45,170 nucleotides of DNA, taken from contig JAHBMJ010000525.1 of the NCBI GenBank assembly GCA_018398765.1, forward strand, positions 1 to 45,170. The letters run 5' to 3'. Below, in pieces: positions 21,063-32,600 of this stretch. Source of the DNA: Chromera velia (lineage: Eukaryota). Both the position numbers and the translations under genes were made by a program. Under the pieces are notes generated by a model. That model was given only the letters and a program-made list of their open reading frames with translations. It made no database searches and was not told where the DNA came from. Position 1 is the first letter of the stretch; the number at the start of each line of letters is the position of its first letter.

Positions 21063-22950
21063 TCATGGCTGCGGTTGGCTGACATTAGAAGGAGGATGTC
21101 GTTCCGGTAAAGAAATTCTGGGAGAAGCAGGGAGGGGGTCCAGGCGGGGAGACGGCTGCGGAGAGGCTGCTGCCTGAGATTCTGCGGGGGACACATCAAA
21201 CCTGTCGGGGGGGTCGTGGAAGGCACTCGGCAGATCCGTAGGATGAGCGAGCTCGACGTGGTAGAGAAAGTTCTTCTTCGTCAGAATGCCTTCTAGACGA
21301 CCGTGTCGTGTCAACAAAACGAAGCTGCACACCAAACATATTGATTTCCTCATGAAGACTCAACCACAGACTGCTGCATATGGGTCGATCATTTAGGGGC
21401 CTCTCAGCGAATAGTTTGCCTTGGGCTGCCGTGTGCTTGACTTGGCAGCCGCTGAAACGAGCACGCTGTTCGACACACCTTCAAAATGGAAAGAGGAAAA
21501 GAGCAAAAATGGAAAGAGAAACAGAGGAAAAATGCAAGAGAAGGAGAAAGAGAAAAGGGCGCATGTCACAAAGTGGCCACTATCCTATTCGTGGTTTTGC
21601 ACACGAAGATTTAAAGACCCTTTGGCAAGTTTTGGCTATCCGTTTCTTCCTCACACACCCAAACGAGTCGACTTTTCCTCATTCACCCCACCAATGAACG
21701 CATTCAAAAGGGGTCAGAGAGCACGCTCTCCTTGACTTGCCGACTGGAGTGCCGCACATCCCTTTCTCAACAAATTGTTACCTGTCTCTATCTCTTCTGA
21801 AAAGAGAACCGACGGACTGACTGACTGACCGCAGTCCCAGTTGAGTGAACAAATTGTACACCTGTACGAGAGGTGCCTCCGGAACTAACTGAAGAGGGTG
21901 GTCATCCACAATATCAGACAAGTCAATCACAAGAGGAGAGGCGCTGCGACTTCCAGACGGTGCGGGGAGTGCGTCTGTCCCTTCCTCTCTCTCTCTTTCC
22001 CTGCCATCCCCAGAAGAAGAGGAAGGAGAGGGAGAGGGACCCCCTGCCCCCCCCGCAGTCTCTACAGCATCAAGACCACGGAAGTAGCTGATACCAGTGT
22101 TCCCCCCTCCTCTCTGCCGATTTGTTTCCTGCATACCCCTTCTTGCAAATCTATTCGTTCCTGTTTGAGCGTCTGACGGTGTGACCTGTTGGTCGGGTGC
22201 CTGTTTTCTTCGAGAAAGCCTGGTCGAGATTGCACGACCAAGGTTGGATGCCTCTCCCAGAAGGAGACCCCCGTCCGCTGTCAACCCCCGTCTCCTTCCC
22301 GTCTCTTCTCCCGTGTCTTCATCAGGTCGCACTTCCCCTCCTGTTCGTGAAGGAGACGGCGGACGACGCAGAGAAGATTCAAAACCCGAAAAGCGAACGA
22401 CTGTGGAGTCGTCTGCTTCTGGATGTTTTCTCCTGGCCTCTCTGAGGGCCCTCTTCAGGTCTCGTGACCTCACAAACCCGAGAAGCATCAGGTCTCTCTG
22501 GGTTGTCACGAGAGGGAACCCGTGGAAGTCGTGCCTGGATACACGAAAGAGAGAGAGAGGGAGGGGGAAGGACATGCATGCACACATTCAGACTTGTCTA
22601 TGTCACAAACGGGACAGGCATGTAGGATGGATGGAACGAGAATGTCCAGATTTACCAAAAGAGACCTGAAATCAAAGCCCCACCAAAAGATCGATCAATC
22701 TCAGAAGCCTTTTGATCACTTTTCAAGTGTCTCATATGTGCCTCAAGTGCCATGCAGTCATCTGACCTCCTCAGTTTTCCTTCCAGAGAGCCCAGTGTGT
22801 TGCCCTCCAGAGGAATCACCGAGAGAGCCGTGTCCATAATGTCACAGGCACGTGCAGTGAAGGTCACCTCCGGCTGCATTTCTTTCTCGAGAAAGGGATA
22901 CCCCTGCAGAGGCATAAAGTCAAAGAGATGATCATACGGACGCACGTGCT

Positions 22951-22983
<33 letters not shown>

Positions 22984-22984
22984 G

Positions 22985-23015
<31 letters not shown>

Positions 23016-26000
23016 ATATATACAGAGAGAGAGAGAGGTTGCCGGATGCGAGTATTGATGCAAGTCCTGATTACATCCAATGAAGGAAGGTGAAGAAAAT
23101 GTGACGTTTCAGCATAGTGCCATACTCTCTGGGAAGGTTCAAGTGTTGACTGAAGCCCTTCCTTTTTGTGCTTTCGTCTCCCACTCATTCCGTCAAGGAC
23201 CACTCATGTCCATAAACTCCCGACCGTTAGATGTTCCTCTCTTGCATGCGATTGGGGTGGCAAAAGGATGAAGGGAGAAAAGCACTCTCTCTCGCAAGGC
23301 ACTCCCCCACCTTCAGTTTGATCATGCACTCTCTCAAGGCACTCACCCACCTTCAGTTTGATCATGCACTCTCTCAAGGCACTCACCCACCTTCAGTTTG
23401 ATCATGCACTCGTTGATACCCAAAATGAGGGCGTCTCCCACCCACTTCGCGATCATCACCGCGACCATGAAAGGGGCCACATACTCTAGTCCCCCCGTGA
23501 CTTCGAACATGATCACCACAAGCGCGATGGTCATTCGCGTCACTCCCCCGAGCATTGCAGCTGCACCCGCCATGGCGTAGATCCCCGGTTGGATGCACTT
23601 GTTGCACTTGGGGAAGAAGTGGAAGTTGGTCTCCAGCTTCTGCACCAGCAGCCCGATCAACCTTCCATACAGAGCGCCAACCTGAGAGGAACAAAAAGTA
23701 CAGAGGAGACGGAAAACCGTATCAATTTAGAATGGACAGGCGTGTATTGCACGGAGACCAAACCACGAGTGAGGATGTGAGACAGACTCGAAGAAGATGC
23801 ACAAAAAGGCAAAGAAGAAAGACAGGAACTTCGTAGCAGCTGACCACCATAGAGGGCACAAAGAGTCCGCACGGGAGAAAGAGGCCGATGGTGAACACTG
23901 TCTGGATGAACTTCAGACACGCACCCAAACCAATACGGATGAGAAGGTTTGCGTCAGTTCTGTAGTGCGCATCTGCGTATCTGCAGTCAAAAGAATTCTT
24001 GTTCGGATGTTGCATCAATCACTTTGGGTTGGTAGAACCTTTTGCAAATGTGTCGCTTCCTTCCTTTGAGGCCAAGATACATAAAGCATTGTGCAGCAAG
24101 AAATGGATGAGGTTTGCAATAGAAATCTTGCTTCTTTCCTTTTGTTTTATTAACTGAAGCTTAAGCGTTTCCGCAAAACAACATGCTGCTGTCCACAGCG
24201 TCCCTTTCTCTCTCTCCTCTCCTCTTCGCCTCTCTCATACACACTCATAGTGATAAAAAAAAACAGCAAGAATAAACAGTAAGATCAAACAACAGAAATC
24301 GAAAGGAAAGAAAGAAAAGAGACAGATAGACAGACAGGCAGGCAAGTAGGCAGAGAGGTAGGAGGGCAGGCAAACACCACACCCACTAACTCCCTCACTG
24401 ACTCCGGATCCGACTCATCCAGACAGAAGTCGAAAGGATCCGGGTTGTCGTCAGAGCAGTGAGAGAATAACTGTTGAAGGAGCCCTGCGTGCTCGGAGAT
24501 AGAGTCATGTACATAGAAACATGGAAATGAATACGACAGTAGTAGAGGAGTGCTGAGCACGTGCCTTCTCTTCAGGAGCACGACATGTGTTCGAGGCGTT
24601 GGGAGCAGTTGGGAGAAAAGCCAGGCGATTCCCCCAGAAGGGCACATACATGGATTCGCAAAGCAGGAGTGCATGGGAAGGTGTTGGCAGGAAAACTCTG
24701 CGTTCATCATATATTGGTTGTGTGCACATTAGAATGCGTTGGTTAGAGGGTAAACAGATGAAATGCAAACCGGCCTCTTCTTTGCCCTTCAGGTAAAGAG
24801 AGGTCCATGTACGCCTGTCAGGTGAGAAGAGTCGACTGACTGACCTTTGGAGGGAATTTTCATCAGCGGAAACAGAAAGTTGATTGAACAAGTGACCACT
24901 GCAACGACTGCGACCTCCATGATGGGATGTTTTCTGATGAACTCGAGTTGCGGCAATTTCTTTTTTGCGTGGAGCCATTGGATATTCAGGTAGATGAACG
25001 CCGACCCCAACAACCCCCCCAGAACGCCTATCAACGCAAAAAACACAAGCTCTGTCAGCTGCCAGGTTCTGCAAACAACACGCAAACAGACGGGCCACCA
25101 GATCACTATTTGGAGGATGGCAGGAAAAAAAAGAGATGTCTACTTAAGAATGGACAGACACACAGGCAAGCAAAGAAACGCAGGGAAATCAAGTAGCTCA
25201 CAAGCCGACACTTTTTCCCTTAGCCACCAATCCCCTTTTCGCCCTTCGAAACCGTTTTGGTTCTACGTATTGCACAAGAGACACACATTAAATTACACCA
25301 ACAGCCAGACCGACCCTTTCGGCTCCACATAGTCGATATCGAATACAGTCACAGACCCCCCTTCCGATTTTGCATCGAGTCCCTTCAGCACTAGGACCCC
25401 CACCACAGCGCAGAAGAAGCTCTTGTAAAGGGTCTTGGGAGGGAAGTAGGTGCAGAGTTCCTCCAGAGAAAAGAGAACTCCGCCAAGAGGAGCACCGAAC
25501 GCCACTGCGATGCCTGCATGATCAGAGGAACCACAAATCGAAAAACGATACAACACAGTGTGTGATGCCTGTGCGAAAAAGCAGGAAGTCTCAATATCGG
25601 AGGCACTCGGTATCTCCACAAGATCACACTCTGTACATGACTTTCTGCTCCGCTTCACGATATCGTCAGTCCTTCACCAAAAGACATCAACACCTTTTTC
25701 TGGATGGATACTTAAGACAGTAGAAGAAGAGATCTACTGAAGCCTCGCACGGACCTGCTGCAGCAGCCGCGGCGAGCAATTCCCTCTTCTTTGCTTCGTT
25801 GTCGTGATATTTCCTCGTCACTCGAGAAACCAGATTGGCCCAACAACAGGAGAGGTGCACCATCGGCCCCTCCTGACCGAGCGCGAGGCCACTGGCAACA
25901 GCCAGAACTAGACCGACACTCTTCACAATCAGAACCCACCCACCCAGAACACCCTGCAGGCATTGGCACATCCAATTTATGGGAATCGAATGAATGCATC

Positions 26001-26580
26001 AACAAACAAAGCAATGAATAGCCGGATGGACACAACTCCCCCTTTTCTTCTGAAGCTGTCATCTCACTCCTTTCGGTCTCGGTCAGCAAGGAGTCAGAGT
26101 CCCTCCCGACAATTCCACGGTCCTCTTACGAGACGAATGAGCTACGGCGGTCTCAACGAAAGGCCCAGCATGTGGGTATGAGGATGTGCCGGGCGGGATA
26201 ACTTCCAATGGGGATCTTGATCATGGCACAACGGGCGATGACGACGGCTGACCTTCATGACGAAGCCGCCAAGAATGACTTTCACTTCTGCTATGCCCCC
26301 CCCAGCTGCGGCCGGAGCGAGGGACCGACACAGAACTGCAGCCAGCACTGCCATCCCCCCCCCAATGACAACGAACATAGCGTAGTCCAAAAAGAAGCCC
26401 GAGCTTGTGGGGAGACGGGCGAGGGCGGACCATCCTTGCCAGTCTGTGGGCTCAAATTTGGACACAGGGATGTCGGGGTGGGGCAGCGTGTTCTGACATG
26501 AATTCAGTTCCAGGTCCAAATTTAGGTCACTCCCACAACACAACCTGCACCGAATTGGAACGATTAAGGGTGAAATAATA

Positions 26581-26623
<43 letters not shown>

Positions 26624-26777
26624 ATATATATATATATATATATATACATACATACATATCTTTCTTTCTCTCTTTCTTCTCCTCACCCACACAGAGAGAC
26701 GCACGCGCATGCGCACACTAAGAAACATGCAAGTAATCAAACAAACAAGAAAGCAAGCAAGCAAACAAACAAACACA

Positions 26778-26828
<51 letters not shown>

Positions 26829-27638
26829 ATGAGTGGAAGGGGGACTTACAGCAAGAGAAGTTTAGAGGACAGCGAGTCATAGAGATCAAGGGAAACCGTT
26901 GCACACACGTACATCCATGGACCCTCATATAGCTGCCTCCTGCCCTCTTACCTACCTTTGATCGAACCAGAACGACCCCCCGTCGCAGGTCCCAGACCGC
27001 ACATCCGAGAAGTACGACACACCCACTTCACTTATGGCTGCAGAGATGGCTGCCATCACGCCAATCAATGCACAGGCCACCCACCCCTCTGCCTTATACC
27101 AGTACCTGAGCAGAGCCCCACAACACCTCCGTTGCCGCATCTCCTCTATCTGCTTCTGTCTGGCCTTGTGGGTGTGCCACTCATGTCTCCAGTCTACCGT
27201 GTGAAAATCTGCATTCCTTTTGAATGGATTCTGACGTGCCCTTGCTTCTGCTGCATCCCGAGCGGACATTTCCCTTTCCCTTTCTTCCCTAGACAGACGA
27301 TCGAGGAACTCTCTCCTCCACTCTTCCACATCGCGTCTGTACACAGTGAAGTTCACATTGTGCTCAGAAGCTGCTGCAAAAGAAGAAGAGTGCGGACGGG
27401 GGGACCACCCCTTCTCCTTCTGCAGGTAGGCCGACAGACCCCCTTCTCGGATGTCTGCAGGCAGCACCTCCTCGTGTACAGTGTAGACGGACTGGGGGGA
27501 CTTCTCTGTCAGAGTCAGGTGACTGCCGCCGCTGCTCAGAGCCGGGGAAGGAAACTCAGCTGCCCCTCCTGCAATAGTGGAAGGCGCCAAGTTCCCTTCA
27601 CATCCAACTCCCTCGCGTGGCTCATCGACTGTAGACAT
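21063..27638 (-). CDS. CLC: CLC-family anion channel/transporter (CLC-3/4/5/Gef1-like architecture, two CBS domains), 11 exons, 1069 aa
   Basis: Exons 27638-26956, 26544-26253, 25953-25755, 25513-25315, 25068-24845, 24484-24403, 23980-23845, 23681-23391, 22903-22767, 22534-21830 and 21324-21063. All are GT-AG and phase-consistent; total 3210 nt. Motifs: [60 protein letters not shown]1 (FHGFPLV) and CBS2 ([10 protein letters not shown]). Confidence 0.93.
23295..23411. repeat. 40-bp tandem repeat (~3 copies) spanning a CLC exon/intron junction
   Basis: Unit ACTCACCCACCTTCAGTTTGATCATGCACTCTCTCAAGGC at 23301, 23341 and 23381 (the last is partial and runs into the exon). Confidence 0.95.
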
Positions 27639-27869
27639 CCTGACTTACGGACGAAATTCGGGAGTCTCGTGTAAACGGTTAATTGTGTTCCGTCTCTTTC
27701 GCCGTTTGCTTGAGCAACAGTCACCTACATATACAACATTTCTTCCGTGTCTTCTTCTGCTTCTGTGACAATTCTGCTGAAATGTCTTCCTGTATATAGA
27801 GCTGAGTGTATATAGATCTCAAGAGTTTCAATGTCTTGATTGATTGAAACCGGTCCGGAATGCATTGGA

Positions 27870-28085
27870 CCCATTCAATGCATGAGCTAGGCATTGAAGC
27901 ATGCATGCATTAATTCTCGATCAGTCTGACTGAAAATTTAACAATTAACGAATTTCTCGATACAGAGTCCCGCGAAATTTTGTATCGGTCATGCATCATG
28001 CAACCAAAAAAATTAAACAAAATTAAGGCAGATAAATTAACGTATATATATACGTCTCAAATGCATTGCACGCATTCGTCGATCG
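27870..28085. promoter_or_regulatory. ATGCAT/TGCATG cluster between the divergent CLC and hypothetical genes
   Basis: AATGCATG, GCATGCATGCAT, CATGCATCATGCA and ATGCATTGCA lie between the ATGs at 27638(-) and 28398(+). Confidence 0.35.
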
Positions 28086-28397
28086 GACCAGCTTTCCTTC
28101 CGATCGAGGAGTCCACGGACGAACTCTCTAGCTGCCCGCTAGCAAAGAGCGTGCACACCATCAATTCGCTGACAAGTCTCTGCCACGTTATCCTCTCTCG
28201 TGCCAAAAGAGGAAGTCCGATGCCTCTCAATGCCAACCGTTGCTGTATATGTATATAGGTCTGTACGAATGATGAAGAGAATACTGTTGCTCCTTCCTAG
28301 TTGAAGTTCCTCTCGATTGCAATACTGGAACTGCTCTCTACTCTCTGGCAGGGTGGATACCAAAAACTAAGGTCTGAGTTAGCGCAGACAAGTCACC

Positions 28398-28549
28398 ATG
28401 AGTTTCACTGGTTGCGGGTCCTTTGTGGCGACTCGAAATGCATCCAAGGAGGTCAGCTGCAAGGTCTTATATAGTTTCCTATTCGCGTTTCAGACAGAAA
28501 GGAGCTCACATGGTGTCACTTAAACCACTCAATGTCACCATTTAGCCGC

Positions 28550-28593
<44 letters not shown>

Positions 28594-29277
28594 ATATATA
28601 TGTCTATATGTGGATGGTGACTTGTTTGATACGCATGCAGGCGGCCTTTTTGATCAATTACCTCGTGGGTGCCCACCTGATTCCGATTGACCTCCCGCGA
28701 GGGGCTCTGGATTGTCCTGTGATCATCAAAGAACAGCCGCCCTCAACTTTTCGGTTCCTCAACTCGGAACCGGAGTTCATTCTCTCTGACTTGGATACGG
28801 TCAGCCGAACCTGTTTCTCGATCCTCATTTCCCCCATTGTCCGTTGCATGTGAAAGTTTGTTTTCATATATATGTTCATATATATGTGTGTGTATATATA
28901 TGTCTCTATGTATCCGTCTACAGGTGTTTTTATCTGTGTTGAGCTCAGCATGACCAGCCGTGAGAGAACCATCTTTTGTGGCACATCTGCAGGAAAGGGG
29001 AAATGAGTGATTCAAACCGCGGGAAGTAGACCTAGCTCAGCTGATTTGCTCATCCGAACTGCTCTCCGAACCTCGAATTTTAAAACAGACACACTGTCAA
29101 GCCCTACTTCGCATTTCATATTTTTCTGTTTTCTCTCTTGCTCGCAGGGAGAAGAGATGAGCGACCTAGAGGTGATCAGGGGGCACATCACCGACACGTG
29201 CATAGCGAGACTCGAAGAGGTCGGCCCTAGTCTGTCTCCTTCTCCCTCTGTCCCTCTCTCCCTCTCTCCCTCTCTCC

Positions 29278-29362
<85 letters not shown>

Positions 29363-29403
29363 CGTGCGTGCGTGTGTGTGTGTGTGTGTGTGTGCGTGCG
29401 TGC

Positions 29404-29442
<39 letters not shown>

Positions 29443-29443
29443 C

Positions 29444-29515
<72 letters not shown>

Positions 29516-29615
29516 ACCCCTGCAAGACCAACCCCTACATGATGCAGGGCAGCACCTCGATCCACAGAGGCCTGGAAGTCTCCGCTTCTCTCTCAACGTC
29601 AGTCAGTCAGTCAGT

Positions 29616-29662
<47 letters not shown>

Positions 29663-32600
29663 TCAACTCTTGCCTCTTTCATCCCTCGGGGCCTAACCAT
29701 ACGCCCTTCATTCCCGATGCCTGGAGAGTCCGCTTCACAGTCCGGCAATTTAACTTGCCACGATCGATTTTCTGTAGTCTCTTTTCAGAGCCGTCGAAAC
29801 AAAGAACGCAAAAGGAAGAGCCAGAATTCTCCTGAAAATTCAACAATGTGATCCGTGACTCCTCTGTTTCGGCAAACCATCTTAGCGAACAATTTTTTTT
29901 GTCTTTGTGCAGAAAAATGTCGGGAGTCCTGTATGACCACAGACTCGTGCTTCTCCCCTCAGCATATCATTCTTCTCATAGGTGGGTTGCAGTGAGTGTG
30001 TGTGTGTGTGTGTGTGAATGATCCTGGTATTGTGCCTGGGAGGGGAGAGTCTCACTGAAGCACGGGTCCGCACAGCCACAGACAATTTCCGTCCCTGGAC
30101 GGTGTCGGCTGTATTTGGACCTCCCTCCTTTCCTTATCCTCAACCGATCAGGGGATCTGTCGGTCAGAGGAGACAGCCGGAGGGGCGACGGCCGGTTGGT
30201 CTGGAGGGACCCGACGCGGGAACGCTGCCGGTTAGACAGTCGTCCGTGAACGTCCCGGACGCCTCTTTGCGCACAGGCCGGACAACGCTTGAGGGAGCGG
30301 TTAAGAGACAACGGACAACGAAGGAGCGGGTAGCGGGAGCGGCGGAACGAGCGAGCGAGCGAAGTGCAGGGGGCAATAGGGCCGTAGGGGGGGGGGGATA
30401 TGGAAGGCTGGACAGCAGAGCAGAGCTAGCGTGTGGGGGCGGGATGGATGATCGGAGACCAACTGCATGGAGTTTGCCCTCTACCTACCTAACTCTCAGC
30501 GCGTTTTCCCCAGGTGTGGGCACTTTGATGCTTCAGCCCCTGATCGAGACACCAATTGACTCCCCTCCCAGCCGGCACACGCACGAGCATTAACTCGTGC
30601 GTTGTACCAGAAATGATTCTTTCACTTATGAAAGTGTTGACATCGTCCAAGAATAGTTATTTCGTGTCATCCATCTCTAAAGAATGCGACCTTGGTCCTC
30701 CAAGTTCTCTCTCTTTCCACCATCTCTCCGTTCTCTCCGTTCTTTGCCGCTCTTATACTGCTGGTCATTAGTTCTTGGAAGGTCTTCATCCTTCGGAGTT
30801 TCCTCCTGTCTTCATTCCTGCATTTGTCTGCATATATCTTTCAAATCTTTGTCCCACTGGTGTGTGGAAGAAGTCTCTGTCGAACTAAATTCTGCCTGCC
30901 TTCGTTTCGTTTACCAAAAGATGGATCACATGCAGGAACAGATCGAGAACTTAGTTCTCTTGCTTTGCCTAACTGTTGCGCTTCTTGCAGGCCTGAGTTG
31001 CGTCAATTCTTCGACACCACAATTCTGTCCAGCAGTTTTGTCGTTCTCTGTCTGGACTTCCCGATCGATGTACTGACTTTCCGAAGAGACTGCAAGAGCC
31101 TCTTTAAAGCAGTCCACGCTCTCAAGCCCAGTCTCGTCACAGACAGGCGACTCTTCCTGTGCGTCAACGCCCAGCCACACCGCACCCAGGTGCCTCCCTC
31201 TCCACGAACAGTCAACAGATTTGCAGGCGGAGCAGCTGTGGCTGCTGGAAACTCCGCAGACGGCAAGAATAAATCCCGCTCTCCCTCGTCAAGGAAAGGC
31301 AGTACCCTCGCGCAAGGCGCAGGAGGCATCGAGAGACTTGAGCTTTCCCACAAAGCCTCTCCGTCTCCGCGAGTGATATCTGGGCAGACTCCACGACAGC
31401 CCCCGAGCACTTGTGGTGGTGTGAGTGAAGTGGAAGAGGAACCCTGTCCGGGGGGCGTGTCCGTCTCTGCTGCTGGGGTTGCAACGCCCAGGGGAGTGAG
31501 GGGCAGGGAGGCTCTGGCTGCAGCGAAGAAGGAGGGGATCGGGGCGGTTGAATATTCGGAGAGCGATGAGGATTCGGAGCAGGGGGCGAGGGGAAGCTCT
31601 GAAGAGGTCGATCTGATAGGCAGAAAGAAGTAAAGGTAGTCCGGCAGATAGACAGGCAAAGAGGCAGTCAGACAGCTAAGCAGGCTCAAAGGCAAGGACA
31701 GGTGACACAGAGAGCAGAGAAAGAAGGCAAGAGGGGGAGATAGCCAGAGTCAACGCATGAAAAAGAAACTTCGGTTGAAAGAACGCAGGTGGAGACACTT
31801 TCATACAAAACAAGATTAGAAAAGCAGCACGATCGCTTGAAATGAGCAGCCAAAATACGTGCGTCTGCTCCTAAAATTGGATTGGTCAGCCTTATCACAT
31901 GACAGAGACCGAAAATATGTTAATTCATTGTCTGTTTCCGATGATATTGCAGGAAGACCGCGCTGAGGCGTCCTTCATGGGTGTACTCTCAAACAGTCCC
32001 TCAAAGCAAACCCCGCGTACACCCAGACAAACAGCAGAAGAGAAAAGTCCAGCAAAGCAAAGACCAGCACCAGAGGAGAAAAGAGAAAGAGGATCGTCCC
32101 CTCCTGTTGCGGCCTCTCCTCGCACAGTGCCTTCAATCGTGTCCCAAAGACGCCAGGAAGAAAAATCGGCAGCCGACTCTCTGTCAACCGAAGGAACAAA
32201 AGCAGGAAAACATAACACAGACATCCACCAGAATCCCCCCTCTTTCGATGCCTCTACTGGCGCACAATTCCTTCAACAATCCTCTTTGCAGTCAAACCAG
32301 TCCCAGCAAAGACAGCCCAACTGTCCCCAGTATGATCCGAAGAAAATGCCACGGTTGTCCCTTTCCAAAATTCTAACACCCCAGGCACTCTCGAAGGACA
32401 GTAAAACAAAACCAAAGAAACAAATGTCCCGGCATCAACCGTACCCTCATCCCCACACGACTGCCGTCAGAGTAGTGCATCGTCGCATATCCCGTGGGGC
32501 CTCTGGCGGGTCCGAGAAGGCCACTGGGAGGGACGACGGTTGCGGTCCATGTTTTGGAAAAGGGCGGTTGGAGAGAAGGGACTCCACTGGCAGTCTTGCC

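Noticed and set aside
26958..27674. 238-aa plus-strand ORF and similar antisense ORFs (16745-17257, 31003-31695, 42395-43366)
   Set aside because: These are shadows of real opposite-strand exons in GC-rich DNA.
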